Source: Blepharisma stoltei ATCC 30299 (lineage: Eukaryota > Protista > Ciliophora). From it: a DNA stretch of 64,000 nt. The notes under the pieces were generated by a model. The model did no database searches and was not told the origin of the DNA. It was given only the letters and a program-made list of their open reading frames with translations. This document shows positions 37,837 through 49,259 of this stretch, piece by piece. How positions within the stretch are numbered: the first letter of the stretch is position 1; each line of letters opens with the position of its first letter. Made by a program: the position numbers and the translations under genes. The stretch spans positions 558,001-622,000 of the forward strand of contig CBFDEM010000014.1 of assembly GCA_965603825.1 (NCBI GenBank), in the 5' to 3' direction.

Positions 37837-38336
37837 TTTTAATATTATATCCGAACCATAAATCAATAGAATCACCTAGAAAGATGGAATCGGAAACTTT
37901 GACTACTGGATCTTAGTAAAATAAAGATTAAGAAGCAAATTTTTATAAATAAAATTAGGGAATTAAAAAATTGGCATTGGAGATTGGAAGGATAGGATAT
38001 TGAAATTTGGACTGGGAGAGGAGGGAAAGGAAAAATTTAGGAAATTTTAGGGAAATGGAGGAAGGGTTGGTGAAGAAATGAAGGAATTTGAAGTGATGGA
38101 GTTACTTTTTAGGGTTTATTGTTAATAAATCAATATTTTGTGGCTGGTTTAGAAAAGAACCATATTTTTTAAAGCTCCTCAGAAAATGGAAGGGGTTTCA
38201 CAGAAAACTGTTTTAGCAAAAATAAGATAGCATTGTAGTATATATGCATACATTTCGAAATGGTTAATCAATTAACCAAAATATAAATTTCAACTTTAAT
38301 AAGTGTAAAAATAAATAACACCTTTATAATTATATA

Positions 38337-38834
38337 TTAATCAATACCCATTTGCAGCTTCTTGATCTCTTTAAGCTGTTTTTCAATTGTATACATAATA
38401 TCCAAATCGATATTTTCTTCCATCTTATCAATTTGATTTTCTCCCAAGCCTAATTCTTCTATTTGCTTATTTATTTTTTCCATTTCTTCATCAAAATTCA
38501 ACTCATTATAATCCTCTGTGTTTTTCTTAATGCTTTCTTCACAATCCAAACATTTCTCTATTTTTTTAAATTTATTCATTTTTGCCATCCCTTTAGATTT
38601 TCTATCTAAAACCCAAGGACTAATATAGTTTCTTCCATCTATTTTTATATCAATTCTTGACGATCCAGCTGGTTCTTCTATTAATTTCGATTTTAATTGA
38701 TTTATGTATTGGACATTTCCAAACCCAGGGAATTCATCATTTTCAGCTTGAATTGGCATAGGTTCTGGGATTATTTTTTCCTCATTTCTTAAATAAGTCG
38801 CCCAGCACACCCCTAATAGCAGCAAAATCTTCAT
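38337..38834 (-). CDS. Secreted hypothetical protein
   Basis: Signal-peptide-like MKILLLLGVCWA; acidic coiled C-terminus; CxxC. Confidence 0.65.
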   Translation of the reverse strand: MKILLLLGVCWATYLRNEEKIIPEPMPIQAENDEFPGFGNVQYINQLKSKLIEEPAGSSRIDIKIDGRNYISPWVLDRKSKGMAKMNKFKKIEKCLDCEESIKKNTEDYNELNFDEEMEKINKQIEELGLGENQIDKMEENIDLDIMYTIEKQLKEIKKLQMGID

Positions 38835-38923
38835 TTAATTTAATAATTCCGTTAGCTTAACTAACTAAAATGGCTATTTCTCACTATCCTAGGAAAATGG
38901 GATATTTTACCATATTTTAAGAC

Positions 38924-41581
38924 ATGAAGATTAAGCTTGACAGCCGAATAAAAACTTTGGTAGAAAACTGCGTTAAGCTTAAGCAGCGAAGCATGTTTGT
39001 GATTGTTGGAGACCGTGGCCGTGATCGTGTGGCTGATTTGCATTTATTGCTTTCAAGGACTGATCTAAAAGTGAAGCCTTCAGTGTTATGATGCTACTCA
39101 AAAGACCTGGGTTTTAGCTCACACAAGAAAAAACGTATGAAGCAAATTAAAAAGCTGCAACAGCATGGACAATGGGACCAAGAAGTAGATGACCCTTTTG
39201 AACTATTTATATCATCCACACAACTTAGATTTTGCTATTATAAAGACTCGCATAAAGTATTGGGAAATACGTTTAGTGCTGTAGTCTTGCAAGATTTTGA
39301 AGCTTTGAATCCAAATCTGTTGTGTAGGACGGTAGAAACAGTAGAAGGGGGAGGAATGATTATCATTTTGCTTAAAACCATGACAAGCTTAAAGCAGCTT
39401 TATGCAATGACAATGGATGTTCATGAAAGATATAGAACACCATCTCATAATGCAGTAGACCCAAGATTCAACGAAAGGTTTATTTTAAGCTTAACTGTAT
39501 GCTCAAATTGCCTTGTCATGGATGATGAATTCAACATATTAAATATCACAAATCACCCTATAGAAGAAAAAGATGCTATAGAAACACCAGAAGACTTACA
39601 ATTAAAAGACTTAAAAACATCACTTGAAGGCACTTTTCCTATTGGTAATTTAATGGCCAAAGTTAAAACTCTAGATCAAGGAAATGTGACAATGCAAATT
39701 GTATCAAGCTTAGTCGATAAAGAACAACTAACCTTTGCTATAACAGCAGCAAGAGGAAGAGGAAAATCTGCTGCTCTTGGGCTAGCTGTTTCTGCTGCAG
39801 TTTCTATTGGCTATTCAAATATTTTAGTTACCGCGCCTTCCCCAGAAAATCTTCACGCATTTTTCCAATTTCTCTTTATTGGACTTAATGCTTTAGGCTA
39901 CGAAGAGCACCAACATTACGAAGTCCAAAGAGGCTCAAAAGAGCATAAAAAATCAGTGTTAAGAGTCACTATAAATAAAACCCACACACAAATAATAAGA
40001 TATATCACTGTAAATTCCACCCACATCCAAACAGATTTACTGGTAATTGATGAAGCTGCTGCTATACCTTTGCCATTTGTGAAAAGAATGCTGGGGCATT
40101 ATCCAGTTTTAATGTCCTCAACAGTGCATGGTTATGAAGGAACAGGCCGTGCTTTATCATTAAAGCTTTTTAATGACTTAAAAACCAGAAATCTGAAGCA
40201 GCTAAAAATGACAGCACCAATAAGATACTCTTTGAATGATCCTATAGAAAAATGGCTTACAGATTTGCTGTGCTTAGAAGCTACCACACCTTATCCTTTA
40301 GCTTCAGCCCCTCCTCATCCTTCCCATTGTTCTCTGTATTTAGTAAACCGAGATACTTTATTTTCATTCCATAGAGCTTCCGAGCTATTTTTGCACAAAA
40401 TGATGTCATTATTTGTGTCATCACATTATAGGAACTCTCCAAATGACCTTCAGATGATTTCTGATGCACCTTCACACCTATTATTTGTGCTTTTAGGGCC
40501 TATTGACCCAAATAATCCAGCTTTACCAGACGTATTATGTGCAGTTCAAGTAGCACTAGAAGGGAAAATTAATAGAGCAAGGGTCCAAAAAGAGCTAGAG
40601 AAAGGAAAAGCAGGAAGTGGGGATTTAGTCCCTTGGACAGTCTCAGAGTATTATCAAGATGCATCTTTTGGGGAATTGACTGGAGCTAGAGTGATAAGAA
40701 TTGCTACACATCCAGACTTGCAGAAAATGGGATATGGCACTAAAGCTCTAGAAGAGCTAGAAAAATATTTTAAAAAAGAACTGTTTGTAGCAGAAAGAGA
40801 AAAGATTGAACAAATGGATGAAGATGAAAGAGAAAATGAAGGACTGATTAATGAAGAAATCAAGCCTAAAAAATGTGTGCAGCCGCTGCTACAGAAATTA
40901 AGTGAAAGCTCCCCACAAGAAGTTGAATATTTAAGTGTAGCTTATGGGCTAAACCAGCAGCTTTATAAATTCTGGGATAATTCAGGCTTTAAAACAGTTT
41001 ACATAAAGCAAAAATCAAGTGATATCACAGGCGAATATTCCACGATTATGCTTAAAAGCATTACTGATGTTGATTTTTCATCATTTTATAATGACTTTAA
41101 GCGAAGATTCCAATACTTGCTTGGCTTTGAGTTCAAAACTTTGCCAGCAGCGCTTGGACTTAAAATCTTAGACCATAAAATAGGTCAGGATTGCTCTGAA
41201 GAAACCCTTCAGCACTTTGTTAGCCTTTATGATCTTAAGCGTCTTGAAGCTTTTTGCAAGAAATTGATTGATTATCACTTAATTCTTGACCTCTTGCCAA
41301 GACTTGCTGACCTTTACTTTTGCGGCCAACTAAATATCCCTTTTTCAAATTTACAAAAAAATATTTTAATCGCAATTGCTCTGCAAAGAAAAGAATTTGA
41401 ACATCTCCCTCCAGAGCTGGACTTGCCAACTTCACAATTAGTGCTTTTATTTAACAAAATTGTTAAAATTTTGACTGATCATATAAGAAAAATTTTTGAG
41501 AAAAGTGTTGAAGAGACAATTCCTAAAAATGCTGAAGAAAATGAAGAAAACCCAACAAAACACATAAAACTAAGTGAATAG
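38924..41581 (+). CDS. NAT10: RNA cytidine acetyltransferase NAT10/Kre33, 885 aa
   Basis: MKIKLDSRIKTLVEN, VL(TGA=W)CY at 39089, TAARGRGKSAALG, IDEAAAIP, SHYRNSPNDLQ, RIATHPDLQKMGYG. Confidence 0.97.
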
Positions 41582-41814
41582 ATAATGATTTCTTTATAAT
41601 TTAATAGTTTTTAAAGATTTTTAGGTATAAAATAGAAGGTAAAAATTAAAAAATAAGTCAGAGAATACAAACTTATCATCAAGGAACAGGTTCTCAGTAC
41701 GTTCTCATCATTCAATCTATATAAGCTTTTGTCTCTTGCAATAGCTAATCCTTAAGCCATAAATAAAAATTATAAATATGGTAATTTTTACAAATCTAAG
41801 GTAAATTACCTTAA

Positions 41815-42339
41815 TTATCTAAACAAGCTATTTTTAACTCTTATTATTTTTTGATTAAAAGCTGGGTTTCTAGGATATATAGCAGGATCTGAAGAAATCT
41901 TTCCTGCTTTGTTGTGAGGTTTTTGTAATTTTAGGTCCTGGTTTTCTCTTTTTAATTTTTCAATTTCTTGGCCTTTTACTTCGAGCTCCTTATTTAATTT
42001 TTGGATTTCAAGCTTTTGAGTATTTATAATATTCAAATAATATTTTTCAGTTGCAGTCATGGTTACTCGAATATTTCCATCGGACTCTGAAAATAATTTT
42101 TCTGGAGGTTGATTTTTATCAACACTTTTACTCCGCCTATGGTTTATTAATCGCCAGACCTTTTTTAAAGGACTTGTCTGATGTTCGAGTATAAGAGAAG
42201 AATTTAAACTCGCTGGATGAGTCGGGTCTTGGGTTTTGTAAATTTTGGTTTCTTCTTCAGAAGGTGCAACGTAAGACTGATTTCTCTTGTGGTAAGAATT
42301 AGAATGAGGAGTTTGCTTTCGTGAAGGGAAGTAGCTCAT
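41815..42339 (-). CDS. Hypothetical protein with short coiled coil
   Basis: 174-aa ATG-TAA ORF. Confidence 0.65.
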   Translation of the reverse strand: MSYFPSRKQTPHSNSYHKRNQSYVAPSEEETKIYKTQDPTHPASLNSSLILEHQTSPLKKVWRLINHRRSKSVDKNQPPEKLFSESDGNIRVTMTATEKYYLNIINTQKLEIQKLNKELEVKGQEIEKLKRENQDLKLQKPHNKAGKISSDPAIYPRNPAFNQKIIRVKNSLFR

Positions 42340-42834
42340 TGTTTATTATTTCATTTTAATAAAATAAGGACTCGTATGGCTGCATAATCATTATGGTTTC
42401 GAAATATTAAGAAATTTGAGCTGAATCAGATTAAATAGGAAGTTTTGTTTATGCGAAACAGATACTTTTTTTTGGGCATTTTTATTTGCGAAAAACTATT
42501 GGAGAAACATTGGAAGAGGATAAGGGAAAAGTGGCTGAAAAAGAGTGTATATTAAAAAATGAATAATAATTTTGATTTTGCATTTCTATTGAGGATATAT
42601 GAATAAATAAAGCCTGTGAAGAGAGATTTTGTGTGAAAGAGTCAATAAAAGTTTTACTGATATTATATATGAAAATATGATGGAAAAATTAAAAAATTCT
42701 GTATAATTTTCTAAATCATAAATATTATGCTTGGAAGCCAAAAGTTAATAAACTAAGTATAATAAGTTAGGCTGGCTTTGATTAAGCATTTTAAATTTAA
42801 TTTCATTTTGAAATCAGAAAAAATTAATAGAAAA

Positions 42835-44139
42835 ATGACGACCCTTGATTTCGAGAAATTTCCAGAATCCCTCGATCCTTCATCCTATTCATATGATGAA
42901 AAGGTTTCCACTAACACATCACCTTTTGAAAGTGAAGATCTCAACGACGACTTATCTCTTCACAACATTGATTTAGATTTTCGTATTCCAGCATCAGTAG
43001 ACTCCTGGCCCGCTCATAGTTCGTTAAGTTTAGGCTTAGACTACAATCCTATTGACTCTACCCCTACATATCTTTGTACAATTTGCCAGAAAAATATTGT
43101 AAAATTCGAAGACCCTCTACAAATTCCTAAAAAACGTAAAAGATTTGATGATATCCCAATTCTTCCTTCCATGCAAGTTTGTGAAGAATGTCGAGCAATG
43201 GACTTAGCGAGCTTAAAAGACAAAGAAATTCCGGAAAAGTCCAAAAGAGTCGTCAAAAGAGAGCATGCAAAACGCAGAGCAATGGAAAGTGAAGCTGTTA
43301 ACAAGCTCAAAGAAGAACAGAAAAAGTTGCAAGAAATCTGTAAAGATCTCCCAGACGCTGAGAGAAAAAGGCAGCAGCAGATGATCAGAAACAGAATTTC
43401 AGCCCAGCAAAGCAGAGATAGGAAAAAGCAATACATTTCGCTGATCGAAGATGAGAATTCGCAGCTGAAAAAACAAAATTCGTGCTTACAACATAAAGTT
43501 ATGCAGTTACAAGCAGAAAATGACTATTTGAAAAATCAATTAGCAAGCATACATATGAGTGATAGCAGCTCAAATTATTCAAAAATTACAAAAGCTGCTG
43601 GGCTAGCATTTGCTGCGATGATTTCAGTCATGATGATCATGAATCTTTCTATTGATAATTCAAGCCAAAACACTGCATTACAATTATCAAGCGGTAGAAA
43701 ACTTGTAGAAACCACAAATTTCATTAGTGAGTACACAAATCCCCAAGAAGAAATATCAGAAAAAGCAATAGGTGTTATAAATTCACAGCTCCAAAAATAC
43801 ACCCCTGTCCAATTCCATGAAACAGATTTCATTGACATTCGGCAGGAGCGCATCAAAAAGTCAAGCATAAAATCTAGCCTTAGAGCGCTTGGTGCCAGCG
43901 ATCCATGCTCTCGACAGATGATGCAAGAAGTTTCTAAAGGATCTTTAACAACGCTGTTTTGCCCTGCAGTCCAAGTTTTCTGGGAAAATGACCAAGAAGT
44001 GCCCAGCCTGCAAAATTTGCAAGTGATTATGCCACTTGATAATTTGCCAAGCTTAGCACCAGCAAAGATAGACCCTGACAAAAATTATCTGGTCGAGCTC
44101 ATGTGCAAAGTGACGGATGTTAATCTATTGCCAGCTTAA
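42835..44139 (+). CDS. Membrane-tethered bZIP transcription factor (ATF6/CREB3/bZIP28-like), 434 aa
   Basis: bZIP RKRQQQMIRNRISAQQSRDRKKQYI plus Leu heptads; TM AAGLAFAAMISVMMIMNL; RKLV downstream; Cys-containing C-terminal domain. Confidence 0.88.
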   Translation: MTTLDFEKFPESLDPSSYSYDEKVSTNTSPFESEDLNDDLSLHNIDLDFRIPASVDSWPAHSSLSLGLDYNPIDSTPTYLCTICQKNIVKFEDPLQIPKKRKRFDDIPILPSMQVCEECRAMDLASLKDKEIPEKSKRVVKREHAKRRAMESEAVNKLKEEQKKLQEICKDLPDAERKRQQQMIRNRISAQQSRDRKKQYISLIEDENSQLKKQNSCLQHKVMQLQAENDYLKNQLASIHMSDSSSNYSKITKAAGLAFAAMISVMMIMNLSIDNSSQNTALQLSSGRKLVETTNFISEYTNPQEEISEKAIGVINSQLQKYTPVQFHETDFIDIRQERIKKSSIKSSLRALGASDPCSRQMMQEVSKGSLTTLFCPAVQVFWENDQEVPSLQNLQVIMPLDNLPSLAPAKIDPDKNYLVELMCKVTDVNLLPA

Positions 44140-44488
44140 TAGATAATTTAGGGTATTTAAGTTTATAGTAATCTGTGGATAATTTTAAAGCGCTGCTGTA
44201 TAAGCTGAGGAATCTAGCTTTCCTTATGGAATTTATGGTAAAACTTAGTGCTGGCATATCAGCTCAGCCTAAGAGCTTTATTTCTCAAATTTATTGTGTA
44301 AGCAGCTATATTTACTAGAAACATAGGCTGCATTTGCTATTGCATAACTGTCCCCCATCAAATCAATAAGAAAGACGGTCCTTTTGATGCTTTACATCGC
44401 CATTTACATTTATGATTATAAGCCTCAATTTTCTTAATTTATTCTAATTATTTTGTATCGATTTTAAATCATCATACAATAATTATCA

Positions 44489-46717
44489 TTAGCTGATTCT
44501 AGCCCACCAATTATACCCTCTCTCAGATATCTTATCCATCATCACTCTGCTACATATAACACATATATCAGGCTTTTCTTCAAAATAATTTTCCTGGCAT
44601 TCTTGACAAGGAAAACACATCTCACTCTCGCACATTTTTTCTCCGATATACATCATTTTCAGTTCCCCGCAGTTTCTGCATAAAATTTTATTTTCGCTTA
44701 GTATCATTGCCCTTGCACTATTGGAAGCAGAGGCTCCGCAGCCAGGGATGGGGCATACATCATTAAAGATCATAGTCCAACACATTCTACATAGCAAGCC
44801 ATGAGGATTTTGATTAGGTTTGCATTCAAATTCGTAGAATTCTAATATATGTCTCGTTTTCATGCAAGCTGGGCATTGGTCCATCCACCCTTCAGTGTTG
44901 ACAAACATTTTTTCATTGCACTGGCTACAAGTAATTTGAATAGCCCAGCCTTGGCTCTCCATTCGATTTGCAATTACAAGCTTAGAAAGACAGTAGTGGC
45001 ATATAGACTTTTGGCATTTTTGGCATTGGTAGCCTTGATTTGTGTCTTTTTCTTGATGACATTCCTTACATTCGAATTTTCTGTGGTGCTTTAAATGCTC
45101 CTCTTTTAGCCTTGGATATTCTGGAAAAGTTTTTAAGTCTTCGAGTTTGATTATTTGTTTGCATTCTTCTTCACATTCAAAGTTCTCAAAATTATTGGGT
45201 TTCATAAGTAAAAAAATGCAGTCTGAGCAATAATAATGCCCGCAAGAAGATTTCCATACTCCTTGCCTTTTGTTGCAGTAACAGCAGTCTTTTAATATTT
45301 TTGAAATGGTTTCATGGCCAAATTTGACATATTCTAAACTGGACAAATTTAGCTTATTAGCAACTTCAGGCTTCAAGTGGTTTGTAATGAAATCTATCTG
45401 CTGCTGAATTTTGCTTAGATCACTTGCAACCTCTCTATGATTCAGCTTAATATTTGAGTCTTTCAGCTTGTTGAACAATGAAGTGATGTTTTTATCATAA
45501 CTTTGTATCATATTTGCACTTAATTTGAGCGAAATATTAAGTGTTTTTATTTCTTCATCTTTAGTTGCGCATTCACAATCAGTTATTCTTTTAGTTGCAT
45601 ACATAAATTTCTCCGGATTTTCTATTTTAATAGGATTATAGACCCCAGTGCTTACAGAATACCCATCTAAATGCACCATTCCTCTGCTATAAAGAATAAA
45701 AAGCCTAATTGATGGATCTGTAATCATAAAAAAGTTCAAAACTGGCCATGATTTTTCTTTATTTGGTTCATGCACGCTTTTCTGCAGCCCTTGATTGGTC
45801 ACTTTATACACTTTTATTTTTACACATAAGGCATTCGAAAACAGTTTAAAATATAAATCATTCGCAATAGCATTTTCTTCAAACAATTCGGCTTTGGCTG
45901 CTTCTCTTATTTCATTAATTAGTTCTTCATCTAGAGATTTTTCAAATAAACCTTTGGATTCATTACTCATAAGATAATTTTGTCCAATAATCGATAACAT
46001 AAACCTTAAGTTTTGAATTAGGTCTTTATTTTCTGATAGTTTTGGTAGCTCATCAATATTTGAAGTATTAAGTGAAAATCTTACAGAATTCATGATCGAC
46101 AAATATGAATCATTTCTGTGGGCTTGAAATAAATTTTTATTTTGGCTGATTTCATATGAAATTTTGTTATTTTCTACTGCGAAGGCAGGAATCATAAGAA
46201 ATTCATAATAAGCTACACTTATAGCAGTAATTAGGTTATAAATTGACCCAACTCCACGCGCTTGTAGATAACTAATCTTTAAATATTGGAAATCGCATTC
46301 TTTTGGGATGTAGCTTTTAAGCATAGAAATGTCAGTGCGTCTTGAAATGCCATCTAATTGGAGTGGTGTAATTGGAGGAAATTCTAAAACTTTTGGACTA
46401 TTTAAAGGAAAAGGTACTTCACTAAGGAAAGTTGCATAATTGCTATTGATTCCTTCAGATTTAGATTCTTGCGGTCCATGTAATGAATTATCAATTATTT
46501 CAAATGGGTGACTAATGTCAGGCAAATCATCATAGGAAACACAGAGATTATTGAATTCTACAATTTTTTCAGGATTTTTAAAGACTGGCGGCGATGGAAG
46601 GTCAATGATAGAAATATCTTCATGCAGATGCTGATGATTATCTTTGCTTATGGGCTCCTTTTTTATAGGTTCTTTTTTTGGCTTTTTAGGTCTTTTCAAT
46701 CTAGATATTTTCATCAT
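44489..46717 (-). CDS. Cys-rich multi-zinc-finger/RING protein with degenerate otubain-like domain
   Basis: 742-aa ORF; RING-like CCYC...SCGHYYCSDC, then many CxxC pairs; central segment resembles peptidase C65. Confidence 0.78.
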   Translation of the reverse strand: MMKISRLKRPKKPKKEPIKKEPISKDNHQHLHEDISIIDLPSPPVFKNPEKIVEFNNLCVSYDDLPDISHPFEIIDNSLHGPQESKSEGINSNYATFLSEVPFPLNSPKVLEFPPITPLQLDGISRRTDISMLKSYIPKECDFQYLKISYLQARGVGSIYNLITAISVAYYEFLMIPAFAVENNKISYEISQNKNLFQAHRNDSYLSIMNSVRFSLNTSNIDELPKLSENKDLIQNLRFMLSIIGQNYLMSNESKGLFEKSLDEELINEIREAAKAELFEENAIANDLYFKLFSNALCVKIKVYKVTNQGLQKSVHEPNKEKSWPVLNFFMITDPSIRLFILYSRGMVHLDGYSVSTGVYNPIKIENPEKFMYATKRITDCECATKDEEIKTLNISLKLSANMIQSYDKNITSLFNKLKDSNIKLNHREVASDLSKIQQQIDFITNHLKPEVANKLNLSSLEYVKFGHETISKILKDCCYCNKRQGVWKSSCGHYYCSDCIFLLMKPNNFENFECEEECKQIIKLEDLKTFPEYPRLKEEHLKHHRKFECKECHQEKDTNQGYQCQKCQKSICHYCLSKLVIANRMESQGWAIQITCSQCNEKMFVNTEGWMDQCPACMKTRHILEFYEFECKPNQNPHGLLCRMCWTMIFNDVCPIPGCGASASNSARAMILSENKILCRNCGELKMMYIGEKMCESEMCFPCQECQENYFEEKPDICVICSRVMMDKISERGYNWWARIS

Positions 46718-46766
46718 TTTAATTTATATATTTTAAAAAATCATTAAATAACCATATTAGTTAAAT

Positions 46767-47858
46767 CTAAAAGATGCTGCAGTCACTTTTCTGGTTCTCT
46801 TCTACAGCTCTTTGCCTTATTCCTCTTCTTTTTAAAGCAAGTTTAAACTGAATATCATAGCTTTGCTCAAGTTTTGAAATTCTGTCTCTTATTGATTTCA
46901 TGCCTATACCTTGAAAGCTGTTAATTCTTGCAAGCATTTCTTTATTTAAGTATATTTCTAAATGATTCACTCCTAAATAAGCTGAAAACTCAAATCTTCC
47001 GGAAATTGTTATTAATAGTGCTATGGTTGGCTCACTTTGCTCAAGTCTTAATTGGTCCTCGTATCTCTTTAATAATTCTTTCAAGTAGTTTTGTGCTGGC
47101 AAAACATCTTCCCCTCTCATATGGCCTCCGACTTTTTTTGCTTCTAGCTCTAAATAATTAATTTGGTAAAAATCTCTTGTCGGATCCAAGTTTGGCTGCC
47201 CATCAGCTAGACTTTTCAATAAAAATTCTCCATAGCTTTCTTGAGTTTCTCCCTCATAAAACGCGCTAACAACTTGCGAAGTCAGGTATTTTTGTAGTAA
47301 ATATCTGTTATGCAGCTTGTGGCAGTGCTTAGAAGTCTGCATTATTTTTAAAATTAAATCTTGGTCAGCGCCGTTCATTGCTGCAATAACTTGTGCGATT
47401 AATATTGATATTAAAAACCTGAACTGATCAGCTGTCACTATAGGATTTTCAGGAGAAGCAGGGTCATAAGTTCTTTCCCCAGGCACTCTTATCATAACTT
47501 TTCTGCCTTTTTTGCCTTGAAATTCAATTTTCCCTAAATAATTAATTCCATCTTCAATAAAAGGTTGCTCAATAAATTTCACTTTGAATTTCTGCCCATC
47601 TGCTGGGCCTTCACACTTGATAATTACGTTATTTTCTACATGTTCCAAGCGGAATTCTTCGTCGGTAGCTGAATAGCTACACAGATTCGTAATTGTTGAG
47701 TCTTTAAATGATAAAATTTCTCTGATATCGGCACCTCGGAGTTTGCCTTCTCGGTCATATAGGATAGGCGGGTCACAAAAAACTGGCCTTAAAGAGTGAG
47801 AGAAAAAATCTGGTTCAAGTGAAAGGCTTAATCTGCGCTCTAGCTCCTTTTTATCCAT
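46767..47858 (-). CDS. Hypothetical protein with C-terminal CaaX (CSIF)
   Basis: 363-aa ORF ending ...KSDCSIF-TAG. Confidence 0.75.
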   Translation of the reverse strand: MDKKELERRLSLSLEPDFFSHSLRPVFCDPPILYDREGKLRGADIREILSFKDSTITNLCSYSATDEEFRLEHVENNVIIKCEGPADGQKFKVKFIEQPFIEDGINYLGKIEFQGKKGRKVMIRVPGERTYDPASPENPIVTADQFRFLISILIAQVIAAMNGADQDLILKIMQTSKHCHKLHNRYLLQKYLTSQVVSAFYEGETQESYGEFLLKSLADGQPNLDPTRDFYQINYLELEAKKVGGHMRGEDVLPAQNYLKELLKRYEDQLRLEQSEPTIALLITISGRFEFSAYLGVNHLEIYLNKEMLARINSFQGIGMKSIRDRISKLEQSYDIQFKLALKRRGIRQRAVEENQKSDCSIF

Positions 47859-48101
47859 TAAGTTTTTAAATTATCTTCTGAGATTTCAAATATTCCTATT
47901 AGAAAACTAATGAAATTCCAAAAAGAAATTCTGTAAGAAATTAGAAATTGGAGTAGTTAAAAACGAGAAAAAATTAAAATTTTATTTAATATATACAAAT
48001 TATCTAAAAATATAAAACTAGTATGCAGTTTAGCCTGTTAAGAATTATATCTGTATCAAATTTGTTTTAATTATATAAATTTCCAACATAAATTACTCAA
48101 A

Positions 48102-49259
48102 ATGGCTTCTAATAGCAACAGTCTCATATCAATTGACTTCAGTTCCCAATCAATAATTAGCCAGAGTTTTGAAGCTGGAGGTGTTGGGTTTGATTCTTTA
48201 TCAAAAAATAAATACGGTCTTCGAACAGAAAAATGCTTGGAATCTTTAAAATGCGAAGAACAAGTTTTTCTTGATGAAGCTTTAGAATGGCCAGAATCTA
48301 GCAGCGACGAGGAGCAGGCAAAAATTTTTGATAGCCGAAAATCTTTATTATCTGGAAAAGCGAAACAAGAATTTATAAATTTTAGAAAAAAAGTCAAAGA
48401 TCAAATAGTAAAGATCAAACCAAAACTTCCGTCATTTTTCCCACCTAAGGAGCCAGTTTCTGAAGCTAATGTTTTGGGATCAATATTCACAAGGAAAAAT
48501 CAATATTTCGAGCAATTAGGTGACCACCTAATACAAGGAATTGATGCAATTCTTCCTCATGGCTTAATTACAGTAGAGCAAGATATTGGATTTTTATTGA
48601 GGAAATCTAAGCTAAAAATGGTAAAAGATGCAAAAAGTAAAACCAGTGAAGGTAAAGAAAAACTTGCTTATATTGAACAATTAAAAAGAGCTGGAATTTC
48701 TTCGGTAGAAGCAACCCCCCGCAGCCCTTTTCCGGGTGAAAAAATCACTTTTATGCAGCAAGCTATAGCAGCACAAAAAGGTGAAACTTTAAAACCTCCA
48801 GAAACCCCAAGACTCCCTCAAGAAGTAAAAATTCCAGCCAAGAATAATTCTGGAAGCGAAAAAGAAAGCGAAGAAGCCACTTACATAGAAGAATTATCCA
48901 ACGCTGCAGTCACAAAAGAGGAGAAAATTGGCATCTTATCAAGAGCAGCCATTTTTAAAGAAGAGTTCGAAATAAAAGACAAGAAAAAGGCTTTCAAGAT
49001 GTGGAAGAAGAAAACCGAGAGATTTTTAGAGAGAAAACTTGAATTAGATAAAAAAGAAAAAGAAAGAAAAGCAAAATTAGTAGAAGAGCTTAGCTTAGTT
49101 CAGAAAGATAAAATGATTAATGTGAAGAAAGCAAAACCAAGCGGAAGAGAATTATATTATGAAATGGATGAGAAAAAAATTGAATTAGAGCATGTGCTGC
49201 CGAGGAGGCTGTCGAAATATATCAAAAATTGCAATAATGTCTATCGAATAAAGAAATAA
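48102..49259 (+). CDS. Hypothetical Lys/Glu-rich protein
   Basis: 385-aa ATG-TAA ORF; no domain recognised. Confidence 0.75.
   Translation: MASNSNSLISIDFSSQSIISQSFEAGGVGFDSLSKNKYGLRTEKCLESLKCEEQVFLDEALEWPESSSDEEQAKIFDSRKSLLSGKAKQEFINFRKKVKDQIVKIKPKLPSFFPPKEPVSEANVLGSIFTRKNQYFEQLGDHLIQGIDAILPHGLITVEQDIGFLLRKSKLKMVKDAKSKTSEGKEKLAYIEQLKRAGISSVEATPRSPFPGEKITFMQQAIAAQKGETLKPPETPRLPQEVKIPAKNNSGSEKESEEATYIEELSNAAVTKEEKIGILSRAAIFKEEFEIKDKKKAFKMWKKKTERFLERKLELDKKEKERKAKLVEELSLVQKDKMINVKKAKPSGRELYYEMDEKKIELEHVLPRRLSKYIKNCNNVYRIKK

Noticed and set aside
44190-44420. GCTGAG...CTCAGC possible hairpin or SECIS downstream of the bZIP gene
   Set aside because: Only a 6-bp complement, no convincing SECIS core, and neither neighbour needs Sec.
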